In this document: in pieces, positions 50,612 to 62,121 of the stretch
How positions within the stretch are numbered: position 1 is the first letter of the stretch
Layout of the letters: the number at the start of each line of letters is the position of its first letter
Origin: SAR86 cluster bacterium
GTDB taxonomy: Bacteria > Pseudomonadota > Gammaproteobacteria > Magnimaribacterales > TMED112
Length of the DNA: 64,000 nt
Assembly: GCA_003331635.1 (NCBI GenBank)
Contig: QOPH01000005.1
Span: 914 to 64,913, forward strand
Direction: 5' to 3'
Program-made: the position numbers and the translations under genes
Notes under the pieces: generated by a model
Databases searched by the model: none
What the model saw: only the letters and a program-made list of their open reading frames with translations
What the model was told of the DNA's origin: nothing

Positions 50612-53600
50612 TTACTGAAAGCTCTCTAGAAGTTCTTTTTTCAATGCTTCTTCAATATCTTGTATTTCTTCTGAAGATACACTTGCTTTTTGATTTGCTG
50701 CAAACCCTGTTCCAGCAGGAATTAATCTGCCAACAACTACATTTTCTTTTAACCCTTTTAAGATATCTTTTCTGCTTGTGACAGCCGCTTCTGTTAAAAC
50801 TCTTGTAGTTTCCTGGAAAGAAGCTGCAGAAATAAATGAATCAGTCGATAATGCTGCTTTTGTTATCCCAAGAAGCATTCTCTCAAATTTAACAGGCTTT
50901 TTACCTGAGTCCTCTAAAGTTTTATTTTCAGCTCTTACCTTTGTAATTTCTAAGACATCCCCTTCAATAAAATCACTATCTCCTGAATCAATAACTGTAA
51001 CTTTCTTCAGCATTTGTCTTGTTATTACTTCTATATGTTTGTCGTTAATAACAACGCCTTGCAATCTATACACATCCTGAACTTCAGATATCAAATGTTT
51101 AGCTAATTCTTCAACACCATGTAAATGCAATAAGCTGTGTGTATCAGTAGGTCCATAACAAAGAATATCACCTCTTTGAACAGTGTCTCCTTCTAAGAAA
51201 GAAACAGCTCTATATTTATGAACCATAACTTCCCACGGCTCACCTTTTTCTGGTGTAATCACAAGTCTTTTACGTCCTTTAGTTTCTTTACCGTATGAAA
51301 GTACTCCAGATACTTCAGAATAAATTGCACCATCTTTAGGTTTTCTTGCCTCAAATAAATCTGCAACTCTTGGCAACCCGCCTGTAATGTCTTTAGTTTT
51401 TGTTCCTTCGACAGGTACTCTAGCTATAAATTCTCCCTTAGAAACCTTATTATTGTTGTTTTTCATCAAAATTGATTTTGAAGGAAGTGTATAAGTTGCA
51501 AGAGCTTTTTTCTTATCATCGAGCACGCTAATTGTTGGTGTCATTCCTTTTCCTTTAAGTGGCCTTTCATTAACATCAATAACTTCTCTCTTAGTTGATC
51601 CTGTCAATTCGTCAATATCGACTTTCATAGTTACATCTTCTGTTAGATCTGCAAAAACAATCGTTCCCTCTTGCTCTGAAATAATAGGTAGAGTAAGAGG
51701 ATCCCACTTTGCAATAAGCGTTCCAGGCTCGACTTTTGTATTGTTTGTATGGAGAATTTCTGCTCCGTAAGGAATTGAATATTTTTCAAGAAGATTTTCA
51801 TCGTCATCTTGTATAGTTAAATAAGCGTTTCTAGAGATGACAATTGCTTCTCCATTTTTCTTTTCAACTGTCTTAAGTGATGCATCAAAAACTATTTTTC
51901 CACCACGAAGTGTTGTTATTGAATCGTCTTCAGCTGAACCTGAAGCGGCACCACCTATGTGGAATGTCCTCATTGTAAGTTGTGTACCAGGCTCTCCAAT
52001 TGATTGTGCTGCTACAACTCCTACAGATTCACCTACATGAACTAAATGTCCACGAGCTAAATCTCTCCCATAGCATTTTGCGCACAATCCTAGCGATGCT
52101 TCGCATTTAATTGGTGAGCGAATTTTTACTTTTTTGATCCCTGAATTCTGCACAACCTCTGCTGATTCTTCATCAAATAAATGTCCTTTTTTAAATAAAA
52201 CTTTCCCATCTTTTTTAATATCCTCTTGTAAAACCCTCCCAAGAATTCTTTCTGAAATGGTTTGAATCACAGAAGCACCATCAATAATAGCTTCAACTGT
52301 CATTCCTTCAGTAGTTTCACAATCATCAGTTGTTATTACGACATCCTGCGATACATCTACTAGTCTTCTTGTAAGATATCCAGAATTAGCTGTTTTAAGA
52401 GCAGTGTCCGCAAGACCTTTTCTTGCACCATGTGTTGAAGTAAAGTATTCAAGCATCGATAAGCCTTCTCTAAAGTTTGATGTAATTGCACTCTCAATAA
52501 TACTCCCATCAGGTTTGGACATAAGACCTCTCATTCCAGCTAACTGTCGTATTTGTGCCGCGGAACCTCTTGCTCCGGAATCTGCATACATAAATACACT
52601 ATTAAATGATGGAATTACTTCCTCATTACCATTTTTATCAACCTCTACTTTATCGCCAAGAGCTTTCATCATTGAAGATGCAACTTTTTCATTTGTCCTT
52701 GACCAGATATCAATAATTTTGTTGTATTTCTCTCCTTTTGTTAGAAGTCCTGATTCAAACTGTTGCTCAATATTTTTAACTTCTGCTTCTGCTCTAGATA
52801 TGATTTCATTTTTGTCATCAGGTATTTCAAAGTCATTTACACCAATTGAAGCTCCAGAAGTAGTTGAATATTCAAATCCTAGGTACATTAAATTATCAGC
52901 AAATAATACAGATTCTTTTAGGCCAAAATCTCTGTACACTTTGTAAATAAGTTTAAGAATATCTTTTTTCTTAAAGGTTTTATTTACTTCTTCAAAATCT
53001 AATTCCTGCGGCATGATTTCAAAGAATAAGCATCTTCCAACTGTAGTTGAGACAATTTTTGAACCCTCAGCTTTTTTTATCCGTACATTTACTTTTGAAT
53101 GTAGACTTACTTGTTTTTCTAAATACGCTCTTTTAACTTCATGGACATCAATAAATGTTCTTGTCTTTCCTTCTACATCTTTATCCTGTTTAGTTAAGTA
53201 ATAAACCCCTAAAACTACATCTTGGTTTGGTTGTATTATTGGCTCTCCACTAGCAGGTGAGAGTATGTTGTTTGTTGACATCATTAATGCCCTTGCCTCC
53301 AGTTGAGCTTCTAAGGACAAAGGAACATGCACAGCCATTTGATCTCCATCAAAGTCTGCATTAAATGCGACACATACAAGAGGATGTAATTGAATTGCCT
53401 TGCCCTCAATAAGAATAGGCTCAAATGCCTGAATGCCAAGTCTATGTAAGGTTGGAGCTCTGTTTAATAACACAGGATGTTCTCTTATTACTTCATCTAA
53501 ACAATCCCAGACCTCTGGCGCTTCTTCTTCAACTAGTTGTTTTGAAGCTTTTATAGTTACTGTTATACCCTTTTGCTCAAGCTTGTTTAATATGAAAGGT

Positions 53601-54730
53601 TTGAAGAGCTCAAGTGCCATTTTTTTTGGCAACCCACATTGATGTAATTTTAAAGTTGGCCCAGAAACAATTACTGAACGTCCAGAATAATCAACTCTCT
53701 TACCTAATAGATTCTGACGAAATCTTCCTTGTTTGCCTTTAATCATATCTGCGAGAGATTTTAATGGTCTTTTATTTGTTCCAAGAATAGCTCTTCCTCT
53801 TCTCCCATTATCAAGCAAAGCATCAACGGATTCTTGTAGCATTCTTTTTTCATTTTTAACAATTATTTCTGGAGCCCCTAGTTCAAGAAGTCTTTTTAAT
53901 CTATTGTTTCTATTAATTACTCTTCTGTATAAATCATTTAAATCAGATGTTGCAAATCTTCCACCATCTAATGGAACTAATGGTCTTAGATCTGGAGGTA
54001 AAATTGGTAAAACATTCATTATCATCCATTCAGGTTTTTGACCACTTTTTTTAAAGGCCTCCATCAGTTTCAATCTTTTTTGAAGTTTCTTGATCTTTGT
54101 TTCAGAACCGCTAGTATTTAATTCTTCTTTAATAATCTGCGTTTCTTTTTCTATGTCTACTTCAGTAAGCAAAATTTGAATAGCCTCCGCACCCATTAGT
54201 GCTGTAAAGTCATCATCATATAAATCTAAATTTTCATCATAATCTTCCTGAGACAGTAGTTGACCTTTTGTAAGATCTGTAATTCCTGCATCAACAACAA
54301 CGTAACTCTCGTAATAAAGAACCTTTTCTATTTCTCTAAGAGTCATATCTAGAAAGAGCCCTATTCGAGATGGGAGAGATTTTAAGAACCAAATATGAGC
54401 AACAGGAGAGGCAAGCTCAATATGCCCCATTCTTTCGCGTCTTACTTTTGTTGCTGTTACTTCTACTCCACATTTTTCACAGATTACACCTCTATGTTTT
54501 CTTCTTTTATATTTCCCACAAAGGCACTCAAAGTCCTTTACAGGTCCGAATATTCTTGAACAAAAAAGACCATCTCTTTCAGGTTTGAAGGTTCTATAAT
54601 TTATTGTTTCTGGTTTTTTGACCTCTCCCCAAGACCAAGATCTGATCATTTGGGGTGAAGCTAAACCACAAGAAATTAGATCGAAATTTCTTTTTGAACT
54701 TTTATTGATATTTTTGATAATGTCTTGCAT
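50612..54730 (-). CDS. rpoC: DNA-directed RNA polymerase subunit beta prime
   Basis: ORF track starts at 54772. Start placed at Met15 ([10 protein letters not shown]...), 1 nt after the rpoB stop, giving 1372 aa. Zinc motif [23 protein letters not shown] and catalytic NADFDGDQM. Confidence 0.97.
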   Translation of the reverse strand: MQDIIKNINKSSKRNFDLISCGLASPQMIRSWSWGEVKKPETINYRTFKPERDGLFCSRIFGPVKDFECLCGKYKRRKHRGVICEKCGVEVTATKVRRERMGHIELASPVAHIWFLKSLPSRIGLFLDMTLREIEKVLYYESYVVVDAGITDLTKGQLLSQEDYDENLDLYDDDFTALMGAEAIQILLTEVDIEKETQIIKEELNTSGSETKIKKLQKRLKLMEAFKKSGQKPEWMIMNVLPILPPDLRPLVPLDGGRFATSDLNDLYRRVINRNNRLKRLLELGAPEIIVKNEKRMLQESVDALLDNGRRGRAILGTNKRPLKSLADMIKGKQGRFRQNLLGKRVDYSGRSVIVSGPTLKLHQCGLPKKMALELFKPFILNKLEQKGITVTIKASKQLVEEEAPEVWDCLDEVIREHPVLLNRAPTLHRLGIQAFEPILIEGKAIQLHPLVCVAFNADFDGDQMAVHVPLSLEAQLEARALMMSTNNILSPASGEPIIQPNQDVVLGVYYLTKQDKDVEGKTRTFIDVHEVKRAYLEKQVSLHSKVNVRIKKAEGSKIVSTTVGRCLFFEIMPQELDFEEVNKTFKKKDILKLIYKVYRDFGLKESVLFADNLMYLGFEYSTTSGASIGVNDFEIPDDKNEIISRAEAEVKNIEQQFESGLLTKGEKYNKIIDIWSRTNEKVASSMMKALGDKVEVDKNGNEEVIPSFNSVFMYADSGARGSAAQIRQLAGMRGLMSKPDGSIIESAITSNFREGLSMLEYFTSTHGARKGLADTALKTANSGYLTRRLVDVSQDVVITTDDCETTEGMTVEAIIDGASVIQTISERILGRVLQEDIKKDGKVLFKKGHLFDEESAEVVQNSGIKKVKIRSPIKCEASLGLCAKCYGRDLARGHLVHVGESVGVVAAQSIGEPGTQLTMRTFHIGGAASGSAEDDSITTLRGGKIVFDASLKTVEKKNGEAIVISRNAYLTIQDDDENLLEKYSIPYGAEILHTNNTKVEPGTLIAKWDPLTLPIISEQEGTIVFADLTEDVTMKVDIDELTGSTKREVIDVNERPLKGKGMTPTISVLDDKKKALATYTLPSKSILMKNNNNKVSKGEFIARVPVEGTKTKDITGGLPRVADLFEARKPKDGAIYSEVSGVLSYGKETKGRKRLVITPEKGEPWEVMVHKYRAVSFLEGDTVQRGDILCYGPTDTHSLLHLHGVEELAKHLISEVQDVYRLQGVVINDKHIEVITRQMLKKVTVIDSGDSDFIEGDVLEITKVRAENKTLEDSGKKPVKFERMLLGITKAALSTDSFISAASFQETTRVLTEAAVTSRKDILKGLKENVVVGRLIPAGTGFAANQKASVSSEEIQDIEEALKKELLESFQ

Positions 54731-54731
54731 G

Positions 54732-57700
54732 TTATTCCTCCGATGAATCTTCCAGCTCAAGATTAAGTCCAAGAGCCTTAATTTCTTTACTTAAAACATT
54801 AAATGATTCAGGCACACCTGAATCAACCTCATAGTTACCGTCCACTATATTTTTATAAACTTTTGATCTTCCAATAATGTCATCAGATTTAACTGTTAAC
54901 ATTTCTTGCAGAGTATACGCTGCACCATAAGCCTCAAGAGCCCAAACTTCCATTTCTCCAAACCTTTGTCCACCAAACTGAGCTTTACCTCCCAAAGGTT
55001 GTTGTGTAACTAAACTATATGAACCTGTAGATCTAGCATGCATCTTGTCATCGATAAGATGATTGAGTTTCAACATGTACATATAACCAACAGTGACTGG
55101 TCTATCAAATTTTTCACCTGTTCGTCCATCATATAAATCAAATTGGCCGCTTTCAGGTAGTCCAGCATATTTAAGAAGTTCTTTAATTTGATGTTCATTT
55201 GCTCCATCAAAAACTGGTGTTGCAAATGGAACTCCATCTTTCAAGTTTTCTGAAAGTTCCTTAAGCTCAATATCTTTCATTGAACCAACATCATCTTTAG
55301 TTCTAGGTCCAAAAGAATAGATATCATTTAGAACTTTTTTAACTTTATCTAATTTTTCTTTATTTTTAAGCATTTTATCAATCAGGTTACCTAGACCTTT
55401 TGAAGCAAGCCCTAAGTGCGTCTCTAAAATCTGACCTACATTCATTCTTGACGGCACTCCAAGCGGATTCAGAATTATATCTACTGGTTCACCATTTTCA
55501 TCGTAGGGCATATCTTCAACTGGAACGATGCTTGAAATAACACCTTTATTACCATGTCTTCCAGCAAGCTTATCGCCTGCTTGTATTTTTCTTTTTACGG
55601 CTAAATAAACTTTAATAACAGAAAGTACACCTGGAGCCAAATCATTCCCACCAGCAACTTTTTGCTTAAAGATATTCATTTTTTCTTTATTTTCGGCTTG
55701 GTATTTTTTGAATTGATCTGAAACATTTTTTTGAAGTTCTGTAATTTTTTTATTGGTTATTTTTATTTTTAGAACGGATGCTAAATCCATTTCCTCCAAA
55801 GACTCTTGAGTTAATTTCCCTTTTGCTTTCACTAAATTTTCTTTCTTTAAAGCTTGAATAATTGTATTTTTGAGTGAATTGGTAACAATTCGCATTTCAT
55901 CATCTAAATCTTTGCTAAATTCAGACATCATTAAATCTTCATTACTTTTAGCGCGCGGATTTTTATCAACTCCATCTCGTGTAAAGATTTGAACATCAAT
56001 GACTGTTCCACTTACACTAGACGGCACTCTCAATGAAGTGTCTTTAATATCTGATGCCTTTTCTCCAAATATAGCTTTAAGTAATTTTTCTTCAGGTGAG
56101 AGTTGTGTTTCGCCTTTTGGAGTGACTTTCCCAACTAAAATATCTCCAGCCTCTACTTTTGCTCCAACATAAACAATTCCATTTTCATCTAATTTTGATA
56201 GAGCTGATTCGCTTACACCTGGGATGTCTGAAGTAATTTCCTCCATACCAAGTTTTGTATCTCTTGTTGTACAAGTGAGTTCTTGGATATGAATGCTTGT
56301 AAGTCTATCTTCTTGAACGACCCTTTCTGAGACTAGAATAGAATCCTCATAATTAAATCCGTTCCATGGCATGAAAGCTATTCTCATATTCTGTCCAATT
56401 GCTAACTCTCCAAGATCTATTGATGGTCCGTCAGCTATAATGTCACCTGCTTTTACAATATCTCCTTTTTTTACAAGCGGTCTTTGATTTATGCATGTGT
56501 TTTGGTTGGATCTTGTATATTTAATAAGATTATATATATCAACACTTACACTATCCCCACTAGAAACTTTTATAACTATTCTTCCACCATCAACTGAATC
56601 AACAACTCCGGAGTTATTTGCAACAACACACACACCTGAATCTCTTGCAACTTGTCTTTCTAAACCAGTTCCCACCAAAGGTTTTTGTGGAATAAGTGTA
56701 GGTACTGCCTGTCTCATCATGTTTGATCCCATGAGTGCTCTGTTGGCATCGTTATTTTCTAAAAATGGTATAAGTGATGCAGCAACAGATAGAACTTGTT
56801 TTGGTGATACATCCATTAATGTAATCATTCCAACGCTTGTTAAACTTGTTTCACCTTGATGTCTTGCTGTTACAAAATCTGATGTAAATTTTCCTTTTTT
56901 GTCTAGCTCAACGTTAGCCTGCGCAATATAGTGATTACTCTCCATTATTGGTGATAGATAAATTATCTCATCAGTTACCTTTCCATCTTTTACAACTCTA
57001 TATGGAGTTTCAATAAAACCATATCTATCAGTCCTTGCGTAAGATGATAAAGAATTAATAAGTCCAATATTAGGACCTTCAGGAGTTTCTATCGGACAAA
57101 CTCTACCATAATGTGTTGGATGAACATCTCGCACCTCAAAACCCGCTCTTTCTCTTGATAATCCACCAGGACCTAAAGCTGAAACTCTTCTTTTGTGTGT
57201 AATTTCGGATAAAGGATTATTCTGATCCATAAATTGAGATAACTGACTTGAACCAAAAAATTCCTTAAATGCAGCAGTTATAGGTTTAGCATTTATAAGA
57301 TCTGAAGGTTTATAGCCCTCAGTTTCAGCCATTCCTAATCTATCTTTTACAGCCCTCTCAACTCTCACAAGGGCAATTCTTAATTGATTAGCTGTCATCT
57401 CTCCAACAGATCTAATCCTTCTGTTGCCTAGATGATCAATATCATCCACAGTATCTTTACCATTTCTTATATCAACTAGTTTCTTAAGAACAGCAATAAT
57501 ATCTTCTTTTGTTAGAACATGAACATCCGATCTATCCTCAATTTTTAATCTCCAATTTAATTTCATCCTTCCAACATCTGATAAGTCATATCTATCCTCA
57601 GAAAAGAAAAGGTTATTAAATAAAACTTCGGTTGATTCTTTTGTTGGAGGCTCTCCAGGTCTTAACATTCTATAAATATCAACAAGCGCTTCAAGTTTAT

Positions 57701-58784
57701 TAGTACTTGGATCATTTCTTAATGTATCAGCAATATATGATCCACTATCGATACTATTTATATATAGAATTTTGAAACTAAAATCACTTTCGATTAATTT
57801 CTTTAATGTTGTTTTATCAAGTTTTGTATTTGCTGTAACGAGGACCTCTCCTGATTCTTTGTCAATGATGTCTTCTGCAACTGTTTGATCTAAAAAATTA
57901 TCAAAGTCGATTTCAAGACTTTTATTTTTTTGTTTTTCAAGCTCATTTGCAACTCTTGCGTTTATTCTTTTTCCTGATACAACTTCTAAACTTCCAACTT
58001 TGAGATCAAAGTCAAAAGCCTTTCCTTTGAAATTTTCAGGATCAACATTTAAGTAGATTTTCTTATTTTTTATTTCCACATCAAGGGATTCATAAAAAGC
58101 ATTTAAGATTTCAATATCTGAGAGGTCTAAAGCTTTTAAAATTGCTGTAGCAGGAAATTTTCTTTTTCTATCTATTCGAGCATAAATTAAATCTTTCGCA
58201 TCAAATTCATAATCCAACCAGGAACCTCTGTAAGGTATTATTCTTGCCGCGTATAGTACTTTTCCAGAAGCATGTGTTTTACCTTTATCATGATCAAAGA
58301 ACACACCAGGAGATCTATGTAATTGCGATACCACAACTCTTTCAGTTCCATTCACAACAAAACTTCCATCTCTTGTCATAAGAGGAATTTCACCTAGAAA
58401 AACACGGTCAGGACTTATTCCTTTTTCTTTAACAGTTTTATATTGTGTATTTTTATCCATTAACCTTAGTTGAAGGTTTACATGTAATTTTGCTGCGTAA
58501 GATATACTTTTTAACCTGCATTCTTCTGGAGTATATAAACAATCTTCGAGCTCATAACTGACATAATCGAGCGCAGCATTTTGGGAAGCACTATTGATGG
58601 GAAATATTGATCTAAAGACTTCTTCTAAACCTTTATTATCCCTTTTATCAGGATCGCTTGAGGCTTGTAAAAAATCACGATATGAATCAGTTTGTGTCTT
58701 AACAAGATATGGTAACTCCATGACATCAGGGAGTGTACCGAATTGTCTTCTAATTCGTTTTTTCTCAGTAAAAGAGTATGTCAT
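54732..58784 (-). CDS. rpoB: DNA-directed RNA polymerase subunit beta
   Basis: 1350-aa ORF with [17 protein letters not shown]-terminus. Beta-subunit signatures throughout. Confidence 0.98.
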   Translation of the reverse strand: MTYSFTEKKRIRRQFGTLPDVMELPYLVKTQTDSYRDFLQASSDPDKRDNKGLEEVFRSIFPINSASQNAALDYVSYELEDCLYTPEECRLKSISYAAKLHVNLQLRLMDKNTQYKTVKEKGISPDRVFLGEIPLMTRDGSFVVNGTERVVVSQLHRSPGVFFDHDKGKTHASGKVLYAARIIPYRGSWLDYEFDAKDLIYARIDRKRKFPATAILKALDLSDIEILNAFYESLDVEIKNKKIYLNVDPENFKGKAFDFDLKVGSLEVVSGKRINARVANELEKQKNKSLEIDFDNFLDQTVAEDIIDKESGEVLVTANTKLDKTTLKKLIESDFSFKILYINSIDSGSYIADTLRNDPSTNKLEALVDIYRMLRPGEPPTKESTEVLFNNLFFSEDRYDLSDVGRMKLNWRLKIEDRSDVHVLTKEDIIAVLKKLVDIRNGKDTVDDIDHLGNRRIRSVGEMTANQLRIALVRVERAVKDRLGMAETEGYKPSDLINAKPITAAFKEFFGSSQLSQFMDQNNPLSEITHKRRVSALGPGGLSRERAGFEVRDVHPTHYGRVCPIETPEGPNIGLINSLSSYARTDRYGFIETPYRVVKDGKVTDEIIYLSPIMESNHYIAQANVELDKKGKFTSDFVTARHQGETSLTSVGMITLMDVSPKQVLSVAASLIPFLENNDANRALMGSNMMRQAVPTLIPQKPLVGTGLERQVARDSGVCVVANNSGVVDSVDGGRIVIKVSSGDSVSVDIYNLIKYTRSNQNTCINQRPLVKKGDIVKAGDIIADGPSIDLGELAIGQNMRIAFMPWNGFNYEDSILVSERVVQEDRLTSIHIQELTCTTRDTKLGMEEITSDIPGVSESALSKLDENGIVYVGAKVEAGDILVGKVTPKGETQLSPEEKLLKAIFGEKASDIKDTSLRVPSSVSGTVIDVQIFTRDGVDKNPRAKSNEDLMMSEFSKDLDDEMRIVTNSLKNTIIQALKKENLVKAKGKLTQESLEEMDLASVLKIKITNKKITELQKNVSDQFKKYQAENKEKMNIFKQKVAGGNDLAPGVLSVIKVYLAVKRKIQAGDKLAGRHGNKGVISSIVPVEDMPYDENGEPVDIILNPLGVPSRMNVGQILETHLGLASKGLGNLIDKMLKNKEKLDKVKKVLNDIYSFGPRTKDDVGSMKDIELKELSENLKDGVPFATPVFDGANEHQIKELLKYAGLPESGQFDLYDGRTGEKFDRPVTVGYMYMLKLNHLIDDKMHARSTGSYSLVTQQPLGGKAQFGGQRFGEMEVWALEAYGAAYTLQEMLTVKSDDIIGRSKVYKNIVDGNYEVDSGVPESFNVLSKEIKALGLNLELEDSSEE

Positions 58785-58822
58785 TAATTATTTATAGGGC
58801 CTTACAATTTTATTATATAAGA

Positions 58823-59212
58823 TTATTTCATTTCTGCTTGAGCTCCTGCTTCTTGCAAAGCAGCAACTAAAGCTTCAGCTTCATCTTTTTTTGCTCCTTC
58901 TTTCACAGTTTTAGGAGCACCATCGACTAAGTCTTTAGCTTCTTTCAGTCCAAGATCTGTAGCTGCTCTAACAGCTTTAATAACTGCTACCTTCTTATCT
59001 CCTGAAGCAGTTAATACAACATCAAATGAACTTTTTTCTTCAGCGGCTTCATCACCAGCTTCCCCACTTGCAGCGCCTGCAGCGACTGCAACTGGAGCTG
59101 CTACTGCTGCAGCTGATACATCAAATTTTTCTTCGATTTCTTTAATTAGATCCACAAGGTCCATTACAGACATTTTGGATATAGATTCTAAAATTTCTTC
59201 TTTCGTTGCCAT
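58823..59212 (-). CDS. rplL: 50S ribosomal protein L7/L12
   Basis: 129-aa ORF with an Ala-rich hinge and C-terminal domain [23 protein letters not shown]. Confidence 0.96.
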   Translation of the reverse strand: MATKEEILESISKMSVMDLVDLIKEIEEKFDVSAAAVAAPVAVAAGAASGEAGDEAAEEKSSFDVVLTASGDKKVAVIKAVRAATDLGLKEAKDLVDGAPKTVKEGAKKDEAEALVAALQEAGAQAEMK

Positions 59213-59221
59213 TATATCTCC

Positions 59222-59743
59222 TTAACCTTTTTGCTCTTTAACACCATGAAGGGTTCTTGCAAACTTTGAAGGAATCTCATTCATGAGAGATGCAATTTTA
59301 CCCAAAGGTGCCTTCAAAAGTCCAGCAATTTTTGAAATAGCCTCATTAAATGTTGGTAATGAGGCTAATTTGTCTATTTCTGAGCCTTCGAGATGTACTC
59401 CATCGACTGATAAACCTTTTATTGTTAGGTTTTCGTTCGATTTTGAATATTTTCTAAGAATTTTTGCTGCTGCACCTGGCTCATCATAAGAAAAACCTAA
59501 CATTGTAGGTCCTGTTAGATAGTCATCTAAACCTTCGTATATTGTTCCTTTGAATGCTAATTTAACCAATGTATTTTTAACTACAACAAATTTCACGTTT
59601 GATTTATGGCCTTCTGATCTGAGTTGATTAGCTTCAGAAACATTTAAACCCCTTGCATCTGCAAGAACTAATGAGCTTGAATCATTTGCAAAACTGCTAA
59701 TGTCCTCTACTATTCTTTTTTTATCATCTACACTTAAAGCCAT
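59222..59743 (-). CDS. rplJ: 50S ribosomal protein L10
   Basis: 173-aa ORF. Lies upstream of rplL. Confidence 0.94.
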   Translation of the reverse strand: MALSVDDKKRIVEDISSFANDSSSLVLADARGLNVSEANQLRSEGHKSNVKFVVVKNTLVKLAFKGTIYEGLDDYLTGPTMLGFSYDEPGAAAKILRKYSKSNENLTIKGLSVDGVHLEGSEIDKLASLPTFNEAISKIAGLLKAPLGKIASLMNEIPSKFARTLHGVKEQKG

Positions 59744-59828
59744 TTTTTTATTGTTACTGAAGACATAAATAGATCATTTGATTTATCTATGTAGGAAATT
59801 AAGCAAAGCACCTACAGTCTTCGATATC

Positions 59829-60512
59829 TCAAAATTGAGAAGTGTCAATTCTATACCCTGGACCCATAGTTGTCGAGAGAAAAACACTTTTAAAATATAT
59901 TCCTTTTGAGGAAGCAGGTTTCAATCTTTTAAGTTCATTAATAAAAGAATCAAAATTTTCTTTAAGTTGAGCTTTTTTCATATTCACATTTGCAATAGTT
60001 CCTTGCACTATACCTGCTTGTTCTGCTTTAAACCTAACTTGTCCATGTTTTATTTCCTTGACAGCTTTATCTATATTTTCTGTAACAGTTCCAGATTTAG
60101 GGCTAGGCATTAAACCCTTAGGTCCCAAAACTTTTGCAAGTTTAGATACAACTTTCATTTGAGCTGGAGTAGTAACGGCAACATCAAAGTCTATATTTCC
60201 ATCTTTATATTTTTCTATCAAATCATCCAAACCAACGAAATCTGCTCCACCTTTTTTTGCCTCATCAACTTTATCTGAATCTACAAAAGCCGCAACTTTT
60301 ACTTCTTTGCCCAAAGAATTTGGAAGAGTTAGAGAGCCTCTTATGTTTTGCTCAGATTTCTTAGGATCTATTCCTAACCATACTGAAATATCAACCGTTT
60401 CTTGAAATTTCCTCTTTGGTTGTTTCAGTATTAATTCCAAAGCCTCCTCAGTACTGTAACTTTTATCTTCTTCTAGGGTGCCTAAGGATTTTTTAAATTT
60501 TGTTTCTTTCAT
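59829..60512 (-). CDS. rplA: 50S ribosomal protein L1
   Basis: 227-aa ORF. rplK-rplA order, L1-like (GLMPSPKSGTVT). Confidence 0.95.
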   Translation of the reverse strand: MKETKFKKSLGTLEEDKSYSTEEALELILKQPKRKFQETVDISVWLGIDPKKSEQNIRGSLTLPNSLGKEVKVAAFVDSDKVDEAKKGGADFVGLDDLIEKYKDGNIDFDVAVTTPAQMKVVSKLAKVLGPKGLMPSPKSGTVTENIDKAVKEIKHGQVRFKAEQAGIVQGTIANVNMKKAQLKENFDSFINELKRLKPASSKGIYFKSVFLSTTMGPGYRIDTSQF

Positions 60513-60514
60513 AA

Positions 60515-61114
60515 TTATTTAGACTCTTCTTCTTTAACATCAGCCGGTGCATCTATAGGTGCTGCTTCTTTTGCTGGTGCTACATCTTCTGCTGGTGCTG
60601 CTTCTTTTGCTGGTGCTACATCTTCTGATGGAGCGTCTGCTGATACTGCTTCTTCTGGCACTGCTATTTCTTGATCAGAATCTGAAACTCCTTTAATTTC
60701 GATACCCATACTTCTAGCCGTACCACTTATTACTTTTATAGCAGATTCAATATCATTTGAATTTAAATCCTCCATCTTCATCTCAGCTATTTCTTTAACT
60801 TTTTGTAAAGAAATTCTTGCCACTTTTGTTCTATTTGGCTCTCCACTACCTTTAGGAATTGAGGCAGCTTTTTTCAATAAAATTGATGCTGGAGGTGATT
60901 TTGTTATGAATGTAAAGGTTCTGTCCTCAAAAACAGTAATCTCCACAGGGACTTTCAGACCTTTTTCAACTTCCTTAGTTTTTTCGTTAAAGGCATTGCA
61001 AAAATCCATTATATTCAATCCATGCTGCCCCAAAGCTGGTCCAACTGGCGGGCTTGGATTTGCACCTCCTGCAGGAACTTGCAGTTTTATTATTGTCATT
61101 ACCTCTTTTGCCAT
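60515..61114 (-). CDS. rplK: 50S ribosomal protein L11 with about 56-aa acidic A/P/E-rich C-terminal extension
   Basis: 199-aa ORF. Canonical L11 to aa ~143 ([23 protein letters not shown]...[12 protein letters not shown]), followed by the tail [12 protein letters not shown]...[11 protein letters not shown] x2...KEEESK. Confidence 0.95.
   Translation of the reverse strand: MAKEVMTIIKLQVPAGGANPSPPVGPALGQHGLNIMDFCNAFNEKTKEVEKGLKVPVEITVFEDRTFTFITKSPPASILLKKAASIPKGSGEPNRTKVARISLQKVKEIAEMKMEDLNSNDIESAIKVISGTARSMGIEIKGVSDSDQEIAVPEEAVSADAPSEDVAPAKEAAPAEDVAPAKEAAPIDAPADVKEEESK
60557..60628 (-). repeat. in-frame 36-nt tandem repeat x2 encoding (S/A)[11 protein letters not shown] (L11 tail)
   Basis: Plus strand ggtgctgcttcttttgctggtgctacatcttctg occurs twice in direct succession. 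The units differ only at the last 2 nt. Confidence 0.9.
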
Positions 61115-61116
61115 TC

Positions 61117-61644
61117 TTATACCTTCTCTACTTGCGAGAAATTTAATTCTACAGGAGTAGATTTACCAAAAATACTTACAGAAACTTTAATAAGATTTTT
61201 TTCATAGTCAACTTCCTCAACAACACCATTGAAATCATTAAATGGCCCATCGTTTATTCTCACAGTTTCACCAGATTCAAATATTGTCTTGAATTTTGGT
61301 TGCTCTACAGCTTCATCAACTCTATTAACTATTTTATTTAATTCATTTTCAGTAATTGGGCTTGGTCTAGTTTTAGTTCCCCCTAGAAAGCCCATTACAT
61401 TCGGTGTCTTTCTAACTAAGTGCCAAGTATCATCATCTAGCTCCATCTGTACGAGCATATATCCAGGAAAAAACTTCCTTTCGATTTGTTTTTTTTGACC
61501 TTTTTTTAACTCTGTTACCTGTTCAGTAGGAATCATAATTTCACCAAACTTTGAAGATAATCCTGATATATTTATGCGCTCTTCTAGTGCTGCTTTGACT
61601 TTTTTTTCACAGTTTGAATAAGCTTGAATGATATACCAGTCCAT
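61117..61644 (-). CDS. nusG: transcription termination/antitermination factor NusG
   Basis: 175-aa ORF starting [14 protein letters not shown], with a C-terminal KOW region. secE-nusG-rplK order. Confidence 0.95.
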   Translation of the reverse strand: MDWYIIQAYSNCEKKVKAALEERINISGLSSKFGEIMIPTEQVTELKKGQKKQIERKFFPGYMLVQMELDDDTWHLVRKTPNVMGFLGGTKTRPSPITENELNKIVNRVDEAVEQPKFKTIFESGETVRINDGPFNDFNGVVEEVDYEKNLIKVSVSIFGKSTPVELNFSQVEKV

Positions 61645-61647
61645 AAT

Positions 61648-61995
61648 TTAACTCAGAATAAATTTTGAAAGAAATGATAACAATGAGTCTAGACCCCAAA
61701 AAACCAAAGCTAGAATCAAAATCATTATTAAAACTACAACAGTCATTTGAGTTGTTTCACCTCTTCCAGGCCAGACAACTTTAGAAACTTCTGTTCTTGC
61801 GTCAACTATAAGTTTCATTGCATTTTTCCCAAATTCAGTTCTAGATAGTAGCCCCAAGGAAACAAATAATAAACTACTTAATATAAGCACTCGATATAAC
61901 AAACCGAGATCCTCTAAGTAAGTGAATAATATAACAGCTGCAAACCCTAATATGAGGGAGGAAATCCAGAGAATATTATTAAGAGTACTATTCAT
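61648..61995 (-). CDS. secE: preprotein translocase subunit SecE
   Basis: 115-aa ORF with three hydrophobic segments and conserved VSKVVWPGRGET. Upstream of nusG. Confidence 0.9.
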   Translation of the reverse strand: MNSTLNNILWISSLILGFAAVILFTYLEDLGLLYRVLILSSLLFVSLGLLSRTEFGKNAMKLIVDARTEVSKVVWPGRGETTQMTVVVLIMILILALVFWGLDSLLSFLSKFILS

Positions 61996-62002
61996 TGTTA
62001 AA

Positions 62003-62078
62003 TGGCAGGCCTGGAGGGAATCGAACCCACAACCTGCGGTTTTGGAGACCGCCGCTCTGCCAATTGAGCTACAGGCCT
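62003..62078 (-). tRNA. trpT: tRNA-Trp (anticodon CCA), CCA end encoded
   Basis: Reverse complement is AGGCCTGTAGCTCAATTGGCAGAGCGGCGGTCTCCAAAACCGCAGGTTGTGGGTTCGATTCCCTCCAGGCCTGCCA. The 7-bp acceptor, D arm and anticodon arm GCGGU-CUCCAAA-ACCGC fold by hand. One U-U mismatch in the T stem. Confidence 0.92.
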
Positions 62079-62090
62079 TTGCGATCTCCT

Positions 62091-62096
62091 ATTATA
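62091..62096 (-). promoter_or_regulatory. candidate -10 hexamer (TATAAT) upstream of tRNA-Trp/secE
   Basis: Perfect TATAAT on the minus strand 13 nt before the tRNA-Trp 5' end, in the 43-nt tuf/tRNA-Trp spacer. The only -35 candidate is weak (TTTTAA at 17 nt). Confidence 0.3.
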
Positions 62097-62121
62097 ACCT
62101 TCTAAAGAAACCTTTAAAAAT

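Noticed and set aside
50778-54588. Multiple plus-strand ORFs (62-180 aa) antisense to rpoC, and a similar one in rpoB (56491-56859)
   Set aside because: All are nested in the rpoB and rpoC coding regions. They have no start context, no motifs, and composition typical of shadow ORFs.
54731-54772. 14-aa N-terminal extension of rpoC overlapping the rpoB 3' end
   Set aside because: The internal Met at 54730 sits 1 nt after the rpoB stop, and homology to beta-prime begins there. The extension is likely spurious.
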